A DNA stretch of 63,906 nucleotides, from the NCBI RefSeq assembly GCF_000143415.4, contig NW_003314274.1:2524623-2588528 (forward strand), read 5' to 3'. How positions within the stretch are numbered: position 1 is the first letter of the stretch; the number at the start of each line of letters is the position of its first letter. The notes under the pieces were generated by a model. The model did no database searches and was not told the DNA's origin. It saw only the letters and a program-made list of their open reading frames with translations. The translations under genes were made by a program, and so were the position numbers. The stretch is from Selaginella moellendorffii (lineage: Eukaryota > Plantae > Lycopodiophyta). Below are positions 23,641 through 35,792 of this stretch, in pieces.

Positions 23641-26600
23641 AACAGTATAAGGGTTTCCTTAGACAATTGAGGATGTGATCCAGATGAGCATTTGACTTAA
23701 CAAACTGGTTGATCTAGTTGTGGTAAACAACTACAGTTGAGATCACGAGAAAGATGTAGACTCCAAAGCAATAAAGGAGTCACAAGATTACCCTTATATA
23801 GTTGAGGTTGGTACTCTAAAATTTGAGACCAAAATTTATGACCTTGGGAGGTCAAATACAAAAGAGGGCACCAGTCCTTGAAATGGTAGCCGGGGCTACC
23901 TCTAATAAATGCTGGAACAACCCAAGGAGTTGGGGGTGTACTTAAAGATGAGTTGCTATTCTCATCACATGGACAAGTAGTCCTAAGGGGCAAAGGTTAG
24001 CCCCAAGAAATCATCAAGTGTCGGAGTAACACTTGCAAAGATTGTCCTTGTGAGTAGGACAAGAATACAAGAAGTTATATTCCAGCGAGTTGGCACCTCG
24101 AAGACTAAGATCTCGTAGGGTTTTGGATTAGCAAAGTCCAAAATGCTAGATGACTCAAGTGGAGTCAGGAAATGGTCCTAAAGGATTGGTTGAAGCATTT
24201 GGACTAAGGTGTATGGTGCCCCATGAGGTATGGGGAGGATCATAAGATCCAAGTATGAGAACAATAGGTATCTCAATGATGGCAGAATATGCCATACTAA
24301 AGTTGTGGGAAAGATGTTCCCAGAAAAGTAATTTTGGCTCAGAGCTGGGTGCAAACACTATGGTACGGTGCTAACGGATAATTAGCATGAGGAATAACTA
24401 TATTGGTCTTAGCAAAGACCTAAACACTAATAAGTAGTGTCATAAGGATAGGCTTCTAGGGCCAATGGTGTGGAAACACCAAATGTGCCAAAGTGTGATA
24501 CGTTGGGGTCATGTTGGTGGGTTCATAAAAACCCCTTGCCAAGGGAATCCCAATGGAAATGGGAATGGCATAGCCTGAGCTAGAAGGCATGTGGTAGAGT
24601 GTGGTGACCAAAACAATTATGGAAGTGTGGAAGCATCAGCAATGAGTTGTAAGACTTGACAACTATGAGGCAACTAAGCAAAAGGTGCAAAATAATTAGT
24701 TAAACTGGTAAAAGGTAGCTACCCAAGACTACTTAATGGCATAAGGAAGTTAGATATACCCTTATTGGGGATAAATTGCTTATGTTGCGATATAGTAAGT
24801 TAATGTCGTAAAACGGGAATGCTCATTGTCAAAGAGGCTCTCATTTTGGGACATCAAAACACTCTAGAACACCAGAAGGTGGTGTTTGATGTTGCGAGGG
24901 CAATAAATAAAGCCCAAGGAACTAAGTACTTAGTGAATGATGCATAGAAGTTGCTATCCAAATGTCCAAGGTTGCAGAGACGGGAGAAGACTGTTTACCC
25001 GAATTGGACAAAGCCAAAAATGGAATTTTGGCAAGGCTAGTGATGGGCATGTAAGGGCCTATAAGTAACAACATTAATCCTGGTGTGTGGGATTATAAGG
25101 TGAGCATACCTAGATTGAGGAACCACTCCCTAGGCTGTCGGGTCGGTTCATCCCTAAGAATTCTTACTAAGGCATGATAGAAAGTGCAAAGCTATCCTTC
25201 TAGTCTGGAGGAGAATGACCGAAGGAAAGGTGTGAAGCCAAAAGCAAGTAGTAAGGGGATAGAATCAAACCATAGGAATCGAAGGGCATAACCAAAGGTG
25301 GTTATGCCAATTGGGAGTGGAGAATCAAGAGGGGGCTCGAGGGTGTTGTTGCTAGCAACCGTGATGTCATGGAGAGTCTAAAATATGGAATTGTCTATGT
25401 TAGATTATATGGCAACTAAAAAGCTCGTGAAAAGGGAGGCCTTAGCAAGCTAAGGGACAGAGTTCCTTCAAAGTTCCCAAAGACGATTCTAGATAGCTTA
25501 GTACCTAGAAAGCCGAGTGTAAATGGTTCCTAAAGCGTGCGAAATTAGAGTGGCGTAGCAGAAGTGTGGTCTTGAAGCTGGCCATGAGGCGAGGCTATCA
25601 AGGTTGGAGAAGTGGTTCCCGAGTGTTCAAAGAGAGGGCTTTGAACAAAAGTCGATGGTTAGGACTTTCACGCTTATGCATGAACCATGTTACGGTGGCC
25701 AGATGACTTGCTAAGTGAGATTGGCAAGTCAGGGGGACAAATCCCCTAGTTGAAGGTGTTAACTTCAAAAGGGGTGGCCCATAGGGCCGAGCATGGAGGA
25801 GTCCATGCATGAACACAGACTTGTCAAGTGAGAGGACTTGGCAATGCGAAGGAACTAGGTTCCTAAGCTGTGATCTATAACGTGCTTTAAGTATAAGTTG
25901 GTACACTGGCATGGGGAGTCACATCAGGCATCTAAGGTGATGCTGTCCATAGATGCATATACGGAGGTTGGGTTTGAGTCCCAACCCTCTAGTGCTTGGG
26001 TTCGAGTCCCAAATCACTAGGGCGTGGTGATGGTTTGGAATATGAGGACGCTCATATTTCGGTGGTCATGGACTCTTAGTGAGGAGACTAGCTTGGGCAC
26101 ACTACCAAGCGAGGGATGCCTCGGAGTCATGATGCATGGTTAGATTGCTTAGAGTGAAAGTTCAACATATCTAACTTGAACACTTTGGTGCAAAGGGCAC
26201 CAAGGACGTTGTGAATGAGATGGGGACACCCAAGTTTCAGTTGCTATAGATGCTTGGCTGGAAGGGCTAGATTGGGCGCACCGCCAAGTGTGGGGGATGC
26301 CTTCGGGGTCATAGTCAACAACTTAGAAGGGTCTAAAAGACCTAGTTCCTATTGATAGACCTAGTAAGGGGTCAAGATGAGATCACTAGGTGATCCTTTG
26401 GCTAAACAAGGGGGTTAAGGAATATGATTCCTAGTTCAAAGTGTTGATTTGAACTATTGATAAAAGTGTGGTTTGGTCAAAGTGACCAAGTGGAAAGAAC
26501 ACTTAAGGGAAATAAACTATGTCAATGCTATGGCATAGTAAGTCCAAGGAAAGTAGTCTCTATAAAAGATCCAAAGGAGGGTCTCAAAAAGTCGGGCCGT

Positions 26601-26876
26601 GGATAGAGTCCACGACAGAAAATGTTAAAGAGACGTATTAAGGGTGAACACCCTTTGGACTTGGCGAAGCAAAGTGTTTGCTATGGAACCAAAAGGAAAC
26701 CTCAAAAATGGAGGTAGCGATCCTATGTTGCTGGGTGCAACAATCAAGGATAGCAGCAAAAGACTAGTGGCTAAGAAAAGAGCCATGGGAATCATGGGAA
26801 AGAAACCAAATGGCAAAGTTAGGCCCAGAACACTAACGTGTTGGGTGCTAACGGATTGTGAGAAAGGCAATGTTTC

Positions 26877-27971
26877 TGTAAGCGACTAATTTTTCCATTC
26901 TACTTTAGTCACTTAACCACACCTTCGACCAGTTGGAGGGGTCTCACTCACCACCTCCTTAAGTCCAATTCAGGACTTGGGACTTGCTAGCCCCGAGAAT
27001 GGCATCCATGCCACTCATCCCTTGCACTTAGTCCAAGTGCTCCACGTGTCCGGTCCCAAGACCGACACCCCAAGGTACCACCGACATACTAGCCCGTTAC
27101 GCTAAGGCCATGCCCCTTTACCTTGGTCATACCAGTGGTCTAACACCACCTGCATCACAATCCCGTCTCTCAAGGACTGGACCATCCGTCCATGAGTGAT
27201 CATTCCAGATCCACTCCTTAGCATCCTTAGGATGCCCGCAGACGTGGGGAATAGCCTTCCCCAATATCCCTTTTCTGGTCCCCACCAAGTCCCTTTCTGC
27301 CCATGGCCGTGTTCACCAACACTACCACTGGATCGAGGCCCACAGGCCCGACCACTAAGTCCCACAGTCCTCTGGGTCTTCCTCACCACACGACTGTGTC
27401 CTTGGTCACTACCCCAGAGGACTGCTCCTATTCCTTTCCACAGTCTGGGCCTTTGGGACAACATTTCTGAACACCGTGGCCTTATGCAAGCCACCTGGGT
27501 ACTCTCCCCACCTTTTGCCTTTAGGTGCTCTAGCCATGGGCTTAGAGCGAGGTTCCGTTGAGCCACGCCTGGTATCCAAGTAGGTAGTGCCACCCACACT
27601 TGGACTGGGAGCATCGGCCAGTCGATCTCCCGGGGGAACTAGAGCCGGCTCTTGAACACTTCACCAAGCTACCCCGCTTGTCAGTCCATATTCACTCTAG
27701 TCTTGGACTTCCCAGTGGTCAGTTCATCACCCAACACTGGGTCTGGCCTTCCTGGGCCAAACTGGCCTTTCCTGGCCAAACTGGCTCCACTGCAATCCTC
27801 CCTCTACTATACTTTGAGAGCTCACCAAACCCCCCAGGGTCTGGGAGACGAACGCTTTGGGCTTTCACCCTCTCAGACTCGAACTCAGACTCGGACTCGG
27901 ACTCGAACTCGGACTCGGGCTCGGTCTCAGCCTTGGCCTCGGTCTCGGTCTCGATCCCGGTCTCGGTCCCA

Positions 27972-28004
<33 letters not shown>

Positions 28005-31000
28005 CCGGTCTCAGTCTCGACCTCAGACTCCATCTCGGGTCCTTCTTGGACTCCATCTCGGACTCCGTCTCGGTCCATCTCAGACTCCATCTCGGACTCC
28101 GTCTCGGTCCATCTCGGACTCCATCTCGGGTCCATCTCAGACTCCGTCTCGGTCCACCTCGGACTCCATCTCGGACTCCATCTCGGGTTCATCTCGGACT
28201 CCATCTCGGACTCCATCTCGGGTCCATCTCGGACTCCATCTCGGACTCCATCTCGGGTCCATCTTGGACTCCGTCTTGGTCCACCTCGGACTCCACTTCG
28301 GGTCCATCTCGGACTCCATATCGGACTCCATCTCGGACTCCACTTCGGACTCCATATCGGACTCCACTTCGGGTCCATCTCGGACTCCAACTCATGTCCG
28401 CCTCGGACTCCATCTCAGACACTTCCACATGTCATGTGTTGGTCCTTTGTGGGTCCCTTTTTGGAGCCTTGCTTATTGCTCGCTTCGTGCTCGCTCCTTG
28501 AGCACTTTGTTGGGAGTTCCACTCCCGCTCTCGACCTTCCAAGTCAGAGCTTTTAGTCCAAACGTGTTACACTCGTTTGGCTTTCGCTTTGGCCACTACC
28601 ACATGGCACCCTTTCGGCTCCACTTTGGGGCCTAGGGATTTTGTGTCTCACAACTCCACCACCCATAGACGAAGTTCGATGTCCTCGTCGAACGGTAAAC
28701 CATTTTATAAAGTAACACCCGCATGTGTTACCATTTCCATCCTTGGCACCTAGCCAATATTTGTCAATGGTTTGACATTGAAGGCTCACTATGCCTTGCC
28801 CATCCTCTAAGGAGGGTAGTCTCTCCATCTTAGAGACTGATTGGACCACATGTAGTGGTTCTCTCCTTTTATTGGTTTAGTTCTCACTAAATCTCCTAGA
28901 GATCCTTCTCTAAGTCAATCTCACTACTCCTTCTCGAGTAGTCTCAATTTTCCGTCTATTGAACATTTGCACCTTGGAACTTTTACTCTTTGACTTCGGG
29001 AAGTCAATTTCCTAGGTGCCTCCGACACCTTGCATTGCACATATTGTGCAAGTCCACTTCCCTATCGTAGGAAGTTCTTTACTTGAGGGCACCATCATCC
29101 TCTTTCCTATTTCGTGCCACCCTTGGCAGCACTACATTCCAATTATCATCATTTGGGCCAGGGCTGTCCACAGCCCTATCCTTTGGCTACTTTGCCACTC
29201 CTCACTTTGAGCTTTTACTTTGCCAAATTGGAGCACTTGGGAATCTATCCTTGGAAGTCCACTTCCTTTCCCGCAATCCGTTAGCATCAAACACAATTGT
29301 GTTCTTTGGCTAACTTTGCCATTTGGATTCTTTCCCATGATTCCCATAGCTCTTTTCTTAGCCACTAGTCTTTTGCTCCTATCCTTGATTGTTGCACCCG
29401 GCAACATTGGATCGCTACCTCCATTTTCAAGGTTTCCTTTTGGTTCCATAGCAAACACTTTGCTTTGCCAAGTCCAGAGGGTGTTCACCCCTAGTACGTC
29501 TCTTTAACATTTTCCACCGTGGGCTCTATCCACGGCCCAACCTTTTGAGACCCTCCCTTGGATCTCTTATAGAGACTACTTTCCTCGGACTTACTATGCC
29601 ATAGCATTGACATAGCTCATTTCCCTTAAGTGTTCTTCCCACTTGGTCACCTTGACCAAGCCACACCTTTATCAATAGTTCAAATCAACACTTTGAACTA
29701 GGAATCATATTCCTTAACCCAAACAAAGACCTTGTCCTTGTTTAGCCACAAGATCACCTAGTGATCTCATCTTGACCCCTTAATAGGTCTACCAATAGGA
29801 ACTAGGTCTTCCAGACAATTCTAAGTTGTTGACTATGACCCCGGGGGCATCCCCCTCACTTGGCAGTGTGCCCAAGCTAGCCCTTTCGGCCAAGGATCCA
29901 TAGCAACCGAGACTGGGTGTCCCTATCTCATTCACCACGCCCTTGATGCCCTTTGCACCAAAGTGTTCAAGTTAGATATGCCGAGCTTTCACTCTAAGCA
30001 ATCTAACCGTGCATCACGACTCCGGGGCATCCCCCGCTTGGCGGTGTGCCCAAGCCAATCTCCTCATTGAGAGTCCATGACCACCGAAATATGAGTGTCC
30101 TCATATTCCAAACCATCACCACGCCCTAGTGAGTTGGGACTCGAACCCAAGCACTAGAGGGTTGGGACTCGAACCCAACCTCCGTATATGCATCTACGGA
30201 TGGCATCACACTAGATGCCTAGCGTGACTCCCCACGCCGGTGCACCAACTTATACTTAAAGCGTGCTATAGATCACAGCTTAGGAACTTAGTTCCTCCAC
30301 ACTGCCAAGTCCTCTCACTTTACACGTTTGTGATCATGCATGGACTCCTCCATGCTTGGCCCCATGGCCCACCCTTTTGAAGTTATCACCTTCAACTAGG
30401 GTATTTGTTCCCCCGACTTGCCAATCTCGCTTGGCAAGTCCTCCAACTAACGTAACATGGTTCCTGCATAAGCGTGAAAGTCCTTGACCATCGACTTTCG
30501 TTCAAAGCCCTCTCTTTGAACACTCGGGAACTACTTCCCGAACCTTGATAGCCTTGCCTCATAGTAAGCTTAAAGACCACGCTTCTGCTGCGCCACTCTG
30601 GTTTTGCGCGTTCCACGAACCATTTACACTTGGCCCTTCTAGGTATTAAGCTACCTAGAATCGTCTTTGGGAACCTTGAAGGAACTCTGTCCCTTAGCTG
30701 TTAAGGCCTCCCTTTTTGCAAGCTTTCCAATTACCATATAGTCTAACATGGACAATTCCATATTTTAGACTCTCCATGGCATCACGGTTGCTAGCGACAA
30801 CACCCTTGAGCCCCCACTTGATTCTCCACTCCCAGCTGGCATAACCAACCTTGGTTATGCCCTTCGATTCCTATGGTTCGATTCTATCCCCTTACTTTTT
30901 GTTTTTGGCTTCACACCTTTCCTTCAGTCATTCTCCTCCAGACCAGGAGGATAGCTTTGCACTTTCTATCATGCCTTAGTAAGTATTCTTAGGGATGAAC

Positions 31001-34000
31001 CTACCCGATAGCCTAGGGAGTGGTTCCTCAATCCAGGTATGCTCACCCTATAATCCCACACACCGGAATTAACATTGTTGTTTACGGGCCTTTACATGCC
31101 CATCACTAGCCTTGCCAAAATTCCATTTTCTGGCTTTGTCCAATTCAAGTAGATAGTCTTCTCCTGTCTCCGCCACCTTGGACATTTGGATAGCACCTTC
31201 TATCCATCATTCGCTAGGGACTTAGTCCCTTGGGCCCTATCTATTGCCCTTGCGACATCAAACACCACCTCCTAGTGTTCTAGAGTGTTCGGGTGTCCCA
31301 ATGACGGCTTCCTTGACAATGAATATTTCCTTTTATGACATTGACTTACTATATCGCAACATAAGCAGTTTATCCTCCGTAAGGGTATATCCAACTTCCC
31401 TATGCCATTAAGAAGGATTGGGTAGCTACCTTCTACCCGTTTAACCAATTATTTTGCACCTCTTGCTTAGTTGCCTCATAGTTGTCAAGTCCTACAACTC
31501 ATTGCTGGTGCTTCCACACCTCCATCATTATCTGGGTCACCACTCCAACTGCATGCTCTGCAGCTTAGGCTATGCCATTCTCATATCCATTGGGATTCCT
31601 TTGGCAAGGGGTTCTCATGAACCCACCAACATAGCCTCAAGGTATCACACCTTGGCACATTTGGTGTCTCCACACCATCGGCTCCACGAGCCTACCTCTA
31701 TGACACTTCTTCTTTGTGTCTAAGTCTTTGCTAAGACGAATAACACTCTTTCTCATGCCAACCATCCATTAGCACTGCACTATAGAGGTCACACACAACT
31801 TTGTGTCAAAGTTGTTTTCTTTTGGGAACACCTTTCCCATGACTTTAGCATGGCACATTTTGCCATCGATAAGATACCCTCTGTTCTCATCCTTGGATCC
31901 TATGATCCCCCCCATCCTTCATGGAGTACCACACACCTTAGTCCAAATGCTTCCATCAGTCCTTTAGGACCATTCCTTGACTCTACTTGAGTTATCCAGC
32001 AGTTTTGGACTTGGTTAATCCACAGACCCGTAAGGTCCTACTTGTGGGGCACTAGCTCACTGGAGTACACTTCTTGCATTCATGTCCTACTCACAAGGAC
32101 CATTTTCACAAATGTTACTCTAACACTTGATTTTGTTCTCTGGGGCAACCTTTTCCCCTTAGGACTACTTGTCCATGTGATGAGAATACCAACTCATCTC
32201 TAAGTACACCCCCCAATTCCTTGGGTTGTTCCAGCATTTATTAAAGGTAGCCCCGGCTACCATTTCAAGGACTTGGGTCCTCTTCCGTATTTGACCTCAA
32301 CTATGTGAGGATAATCTTGTGACTCCTTCATTATTTTGGAGTCTTTATCTTTCCCGTGATCCCAACTATAGTTGTTTACCACAACTACATTAGCCAGTTT
32401 GCTAAGTCAAACGCTCATCTGGATCACATCCTCAACTCTCTGAGGAAAACCACATACTGTTCCCAAGATCCCAAAGTCGTTCCATTATTGGCCCTTTTCT
32501 ATCCACCACATTGTGCCCAAGTTCACGCATGAACTTGATGTAAGCTCTTGAGTTTGGACTTCCTGGGAGGTCACCCAGCCCAGTACTATTCAAACCCAAG
32601 GACACTTAACCCCAAATATCCCAAGACCCTTAACCAATTGGAAAAGGGGGTGCACTCTTATTCATGGGCCCTTTCCCTCTATATTTGAACCCTATGGACC
32701 GTCTCTCAAGTCGTTCTCTTTGGTTGCTTACAATCCACCACGCTTCCCTGCAAGTTCACGCCCTCGTGAACGGAAGCTGAGAGCCGCAGCTCTCCCGAGA
32801 GCCCCGCTCTCTTTACACCCTACCCCTCGGGTCGAGCCCAGCGGGAGCAAACTGGACCAGCCAGATGTCAATCAACATGTGGTGTGATTCCCCTAGCCAA
32901 CCAACAGAGTCGGACCCGAGACCCTCTCTGATACCAAATGTAAGCTCCTAAGTTTGGACTTCCTGGGAGGTCACCCAGCCCAGTACTGTTCAAACCCAAG
33001 GACGCTTAACCCCAAATATCCCAAGACCCTTAACCGATTGGAAAAGGGGGTGCACTCTTATTCATGGGCCCTTTCCCTCTATATTTGAACCCCATGGACC
33101 GTCTCTCAAATCGTTCTCTTTGGTTGCTTACACTTGAGTGGAGAGCCATGTCCTCTCGACATGCTACTCCTCAAAGATAGGCCCACTCCTAGGACCTTCC
33201 GATGCCAACATTAATAGTGATATACTTGAGCACCAATAAAAGTCGGACTAAGGAACAGCTCTAATACCAAGTTGTAAGCGACTAATTTTTCCATTCTACT
33301 TTAGTCACTTAACCACGCCTTCGACCACTTGGAGGGGTCTCACTCACCACCTCCTTAAGTCCAATTCAGGACTTGGGACTTGCTAGCCCCGAGAATGGCA
33401 TCCATGCCACTCATCCCTTGCACTTAGTCCAAGTGCTCCACGTGTCCGGTCCCAAGACCGACACCCCAAGGTACCATCGACATACTAGCCCATTACGCTA
33501 AGGCCATGCCCCTTTACCTTGGTCATACCGGTGGTCTAACACCACCTGCATCACAATCCCGTCTCTCAAGGACTGGACCATCCGTCCATGAGTGATCATT
33601 CCAGATCCACTCCTTAGCATCCTTAGGATGCCCACAGACGTGGGGAATAGCCTTCCCCAATATCCCTTTTCTGGTCCCCACCAAGTCCCTTTCTGCCCAT
33701 GGCCGTGTTCACCAACACTACCACTAGATCGAGGCCCACAGGCCCGACCACTAAGTCCCACAGTCCTCTGGGACTTCCTCACCACACGACTGTGTCCTTG
33801 GTCACTACCCCAGAGGACTGCTCCTCTTCCTTTCCATAGTCTGGGCCTTTGGGACAACATTTCAGAACACCGTGGCCTTACGCGAGCCACCTGGGTACTC
33901 TCCCCACCTTTTGCCTTTAGGTGCTCTAGCCATGGGATTAGAGCGAGGTTCCGTTGAGCCACGCCTGGTATCCAAGTAGGTAGTGCCACCCACACTTGGA

Positions 34001-35043
34001 CTGGGAGCATCGGCCAGTCGATCTCCCAGAGGAACTAGAGCCAGCTCTTGAACACTTCACCAAGCTACCCCGCTTGTCGGTCCGTATTCACTCTAGTCTT
34101 GGACTTCCCAGTGGTCAGTTCATCACCCAACACTAGGTCTAGCCTTCCTGGGCCAAACTGGCCTTTCCTGGCCAAACTGGCTCCACTGCAGTCCTCCCTC
34201 TACTATACTTTTGGAGCTCACCAAACCCCCCAGGGTCTGAGAGACGAACGCTTTGGGCTTTCACCCTCTCAGACTCGAACTCGGACTCGGACTCGGACTC
34301 AGACTTGGACTTGGGCTCGGTCTCAGCCTTGGCCTCGGTCTCGGTCTCCGTCCCGGTCTCGGTCCCGGTTTCGGTCTCGGTCTCGATCTCGGTCTCGGTC
34401 CCGGTCTCAGTCTCGACCTCGGACTCCATCTCGGGTCCTTCTCGGACTCCATCTCGGACTCCATCTCGGACTCCATCTCGGTCCATCTCGGACTCCATCT
34501 CGGACTCCGTCTCGGTCCATCTCGGACTCCATCTCGGGTCCATCTCAGACTCCGTCTCGGTCCACCTCGGACTCCATCTCGGACTCCATCTCGGGTCCAT
34601 CTCGGACTCCATCTCGGACTCCATCTCGGGTCCATCTCGAACTCCATATCGGACTCCATCTCGGGTCCATCTCGGACTCCGTCTTGGTCCACCTCGGACT
34701 CCACTTTGGGTCCATCTCGGACTCCATATCGGACTCCATCTCGGACTCCACTTCAGACTCCACTTCGGGTCCATCTTGGACTCCAACTCGTGTCCGCCTC
34801 GGACTCCATCTCAAACACTTCCACGTGTCATGTGTTGGTCCTTTGTGGGTCCCTTTTTGGAGCCTTGCTTATTGCTCGCTTCGTGCTCGCTCCTTGAGCA
34901 CTTTGTTGGGAGTTCCACTCCCGCTCTCGACCTTCCAAGTCAGAGCTTTTAGTCCAAACGTGTTACACTCGTTTCGCTTCGGCCACTACCACGTGGCACC
35001 CTTTCCGGCTCCACGTTGGGGTCTAGGGATTTTGTGTCTCACA
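26877..35043 (-). mobile_element. Complete family A element (non-autonomous LARD-like): 3' LTR 26877-28651, 5' LTR 33273-35043, about 4 kb non-coding interior
   Basis: Perfect TSD GTTTC (26872-26876 and 35044-35048), TG...CA ends, PBS near 33258-33269 and PPT from 28652. No gag or pol motifs are visible in the ORF track. Confidence 0.95.
32539..33132 (-). mobile_element. Complete Cassandra-type TRIM (594 bp): LTRs 32539-32732 and 32939-33132, each with a 5S rRNA-derived segment
   Basis: Perfect TSD CTTGA, minus-strand PBS TGGTATCAGAG and PPT GGGAAGCGTGGTGGAT. The LTR contains GTTAAGCGTCCTTGGGTTTGAACAGTACTGGGCTGGGTGACCTCCCAGGAAGTCC, resembling the plant 5S internal control region. Confidence 0.93.
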
Positions 35044-35119
35044 GTTTCCCCAAGGATGGATTCCCAACCGCTCCGATTTAGCGAAAGTGGATGCTCCAAA
35101 GGGGGGAGAGGTAAGGTAG

Positions 35120-35792
35120 TGTAGCACACCTTATCTCTCTCCCCTTAAGCCAACTGGAAAAGAGGCAATTGCTTGATGAGAGAGCCCTTAGTGGCTATTT
35201 TATCCCCATTTATCCCCCAAGGTTCCAAAGATCCATGGTGACAGTATATCCAAATCTCATCCCATGATCACATGCGCTACACTCACCCCCCCTTCAGAGA
35301 TGTCAATGTCTTCATTGACTATTGACTACCAACCCCTACTGAGCCAAGGGGAACCAGCACCTCCATTTCTGCACTGAATCTACCAATCCTTCCATTGTGT
35401 AAACCAGCTATTCCATGTGAGGCAACTAGTCATCCACCCGTACCGTAGTCCCACGGTGGATACCTTCGTCTGTGGATACTCCACACAAGAGGAAGGACGT
35501 ACGCATGGATGCCCAATATGTACGATTTCAAATTTAGGGTAGGAATATACCTTGCTCAAGGGTATATTATATTTTTAAGTAGCCACTAATCAATGGGAAT
35601 CGAACCCGTGCCATTTGCTCCGATACCAACTGTAGCACACCTTATCTCTCCCCCCTTAAACCAATTGGAAAAGGGGCAATTGCTTGATGAGAGAGCCCTT
35701 AGTGGCTATTTTATCCCCATTTATCCCCCAAGGTTCCAAGGATCCATGGTGACAGTATATCCAAATCTCATCCCATGATCACATGCGCTACA
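35120..35792 (-). mobile_element. Second TRIM family (673 bp): 162-bp LTRs 35120-35281 and 35631-35792
   Basis: TGTAGC...GCTACA LTRs, minus-strand PBS TGGTATCGGAGC and PPT GAAGGGGGGGTGAG. The TSD is GGTAG/GATAG with one mismatch. Confidence 0.92.

Noticed and set aside
35585-35615. tRNA gene
   Set aside because: Only a T-arm/B-box-like motif is present; no cloverleaf is visible.
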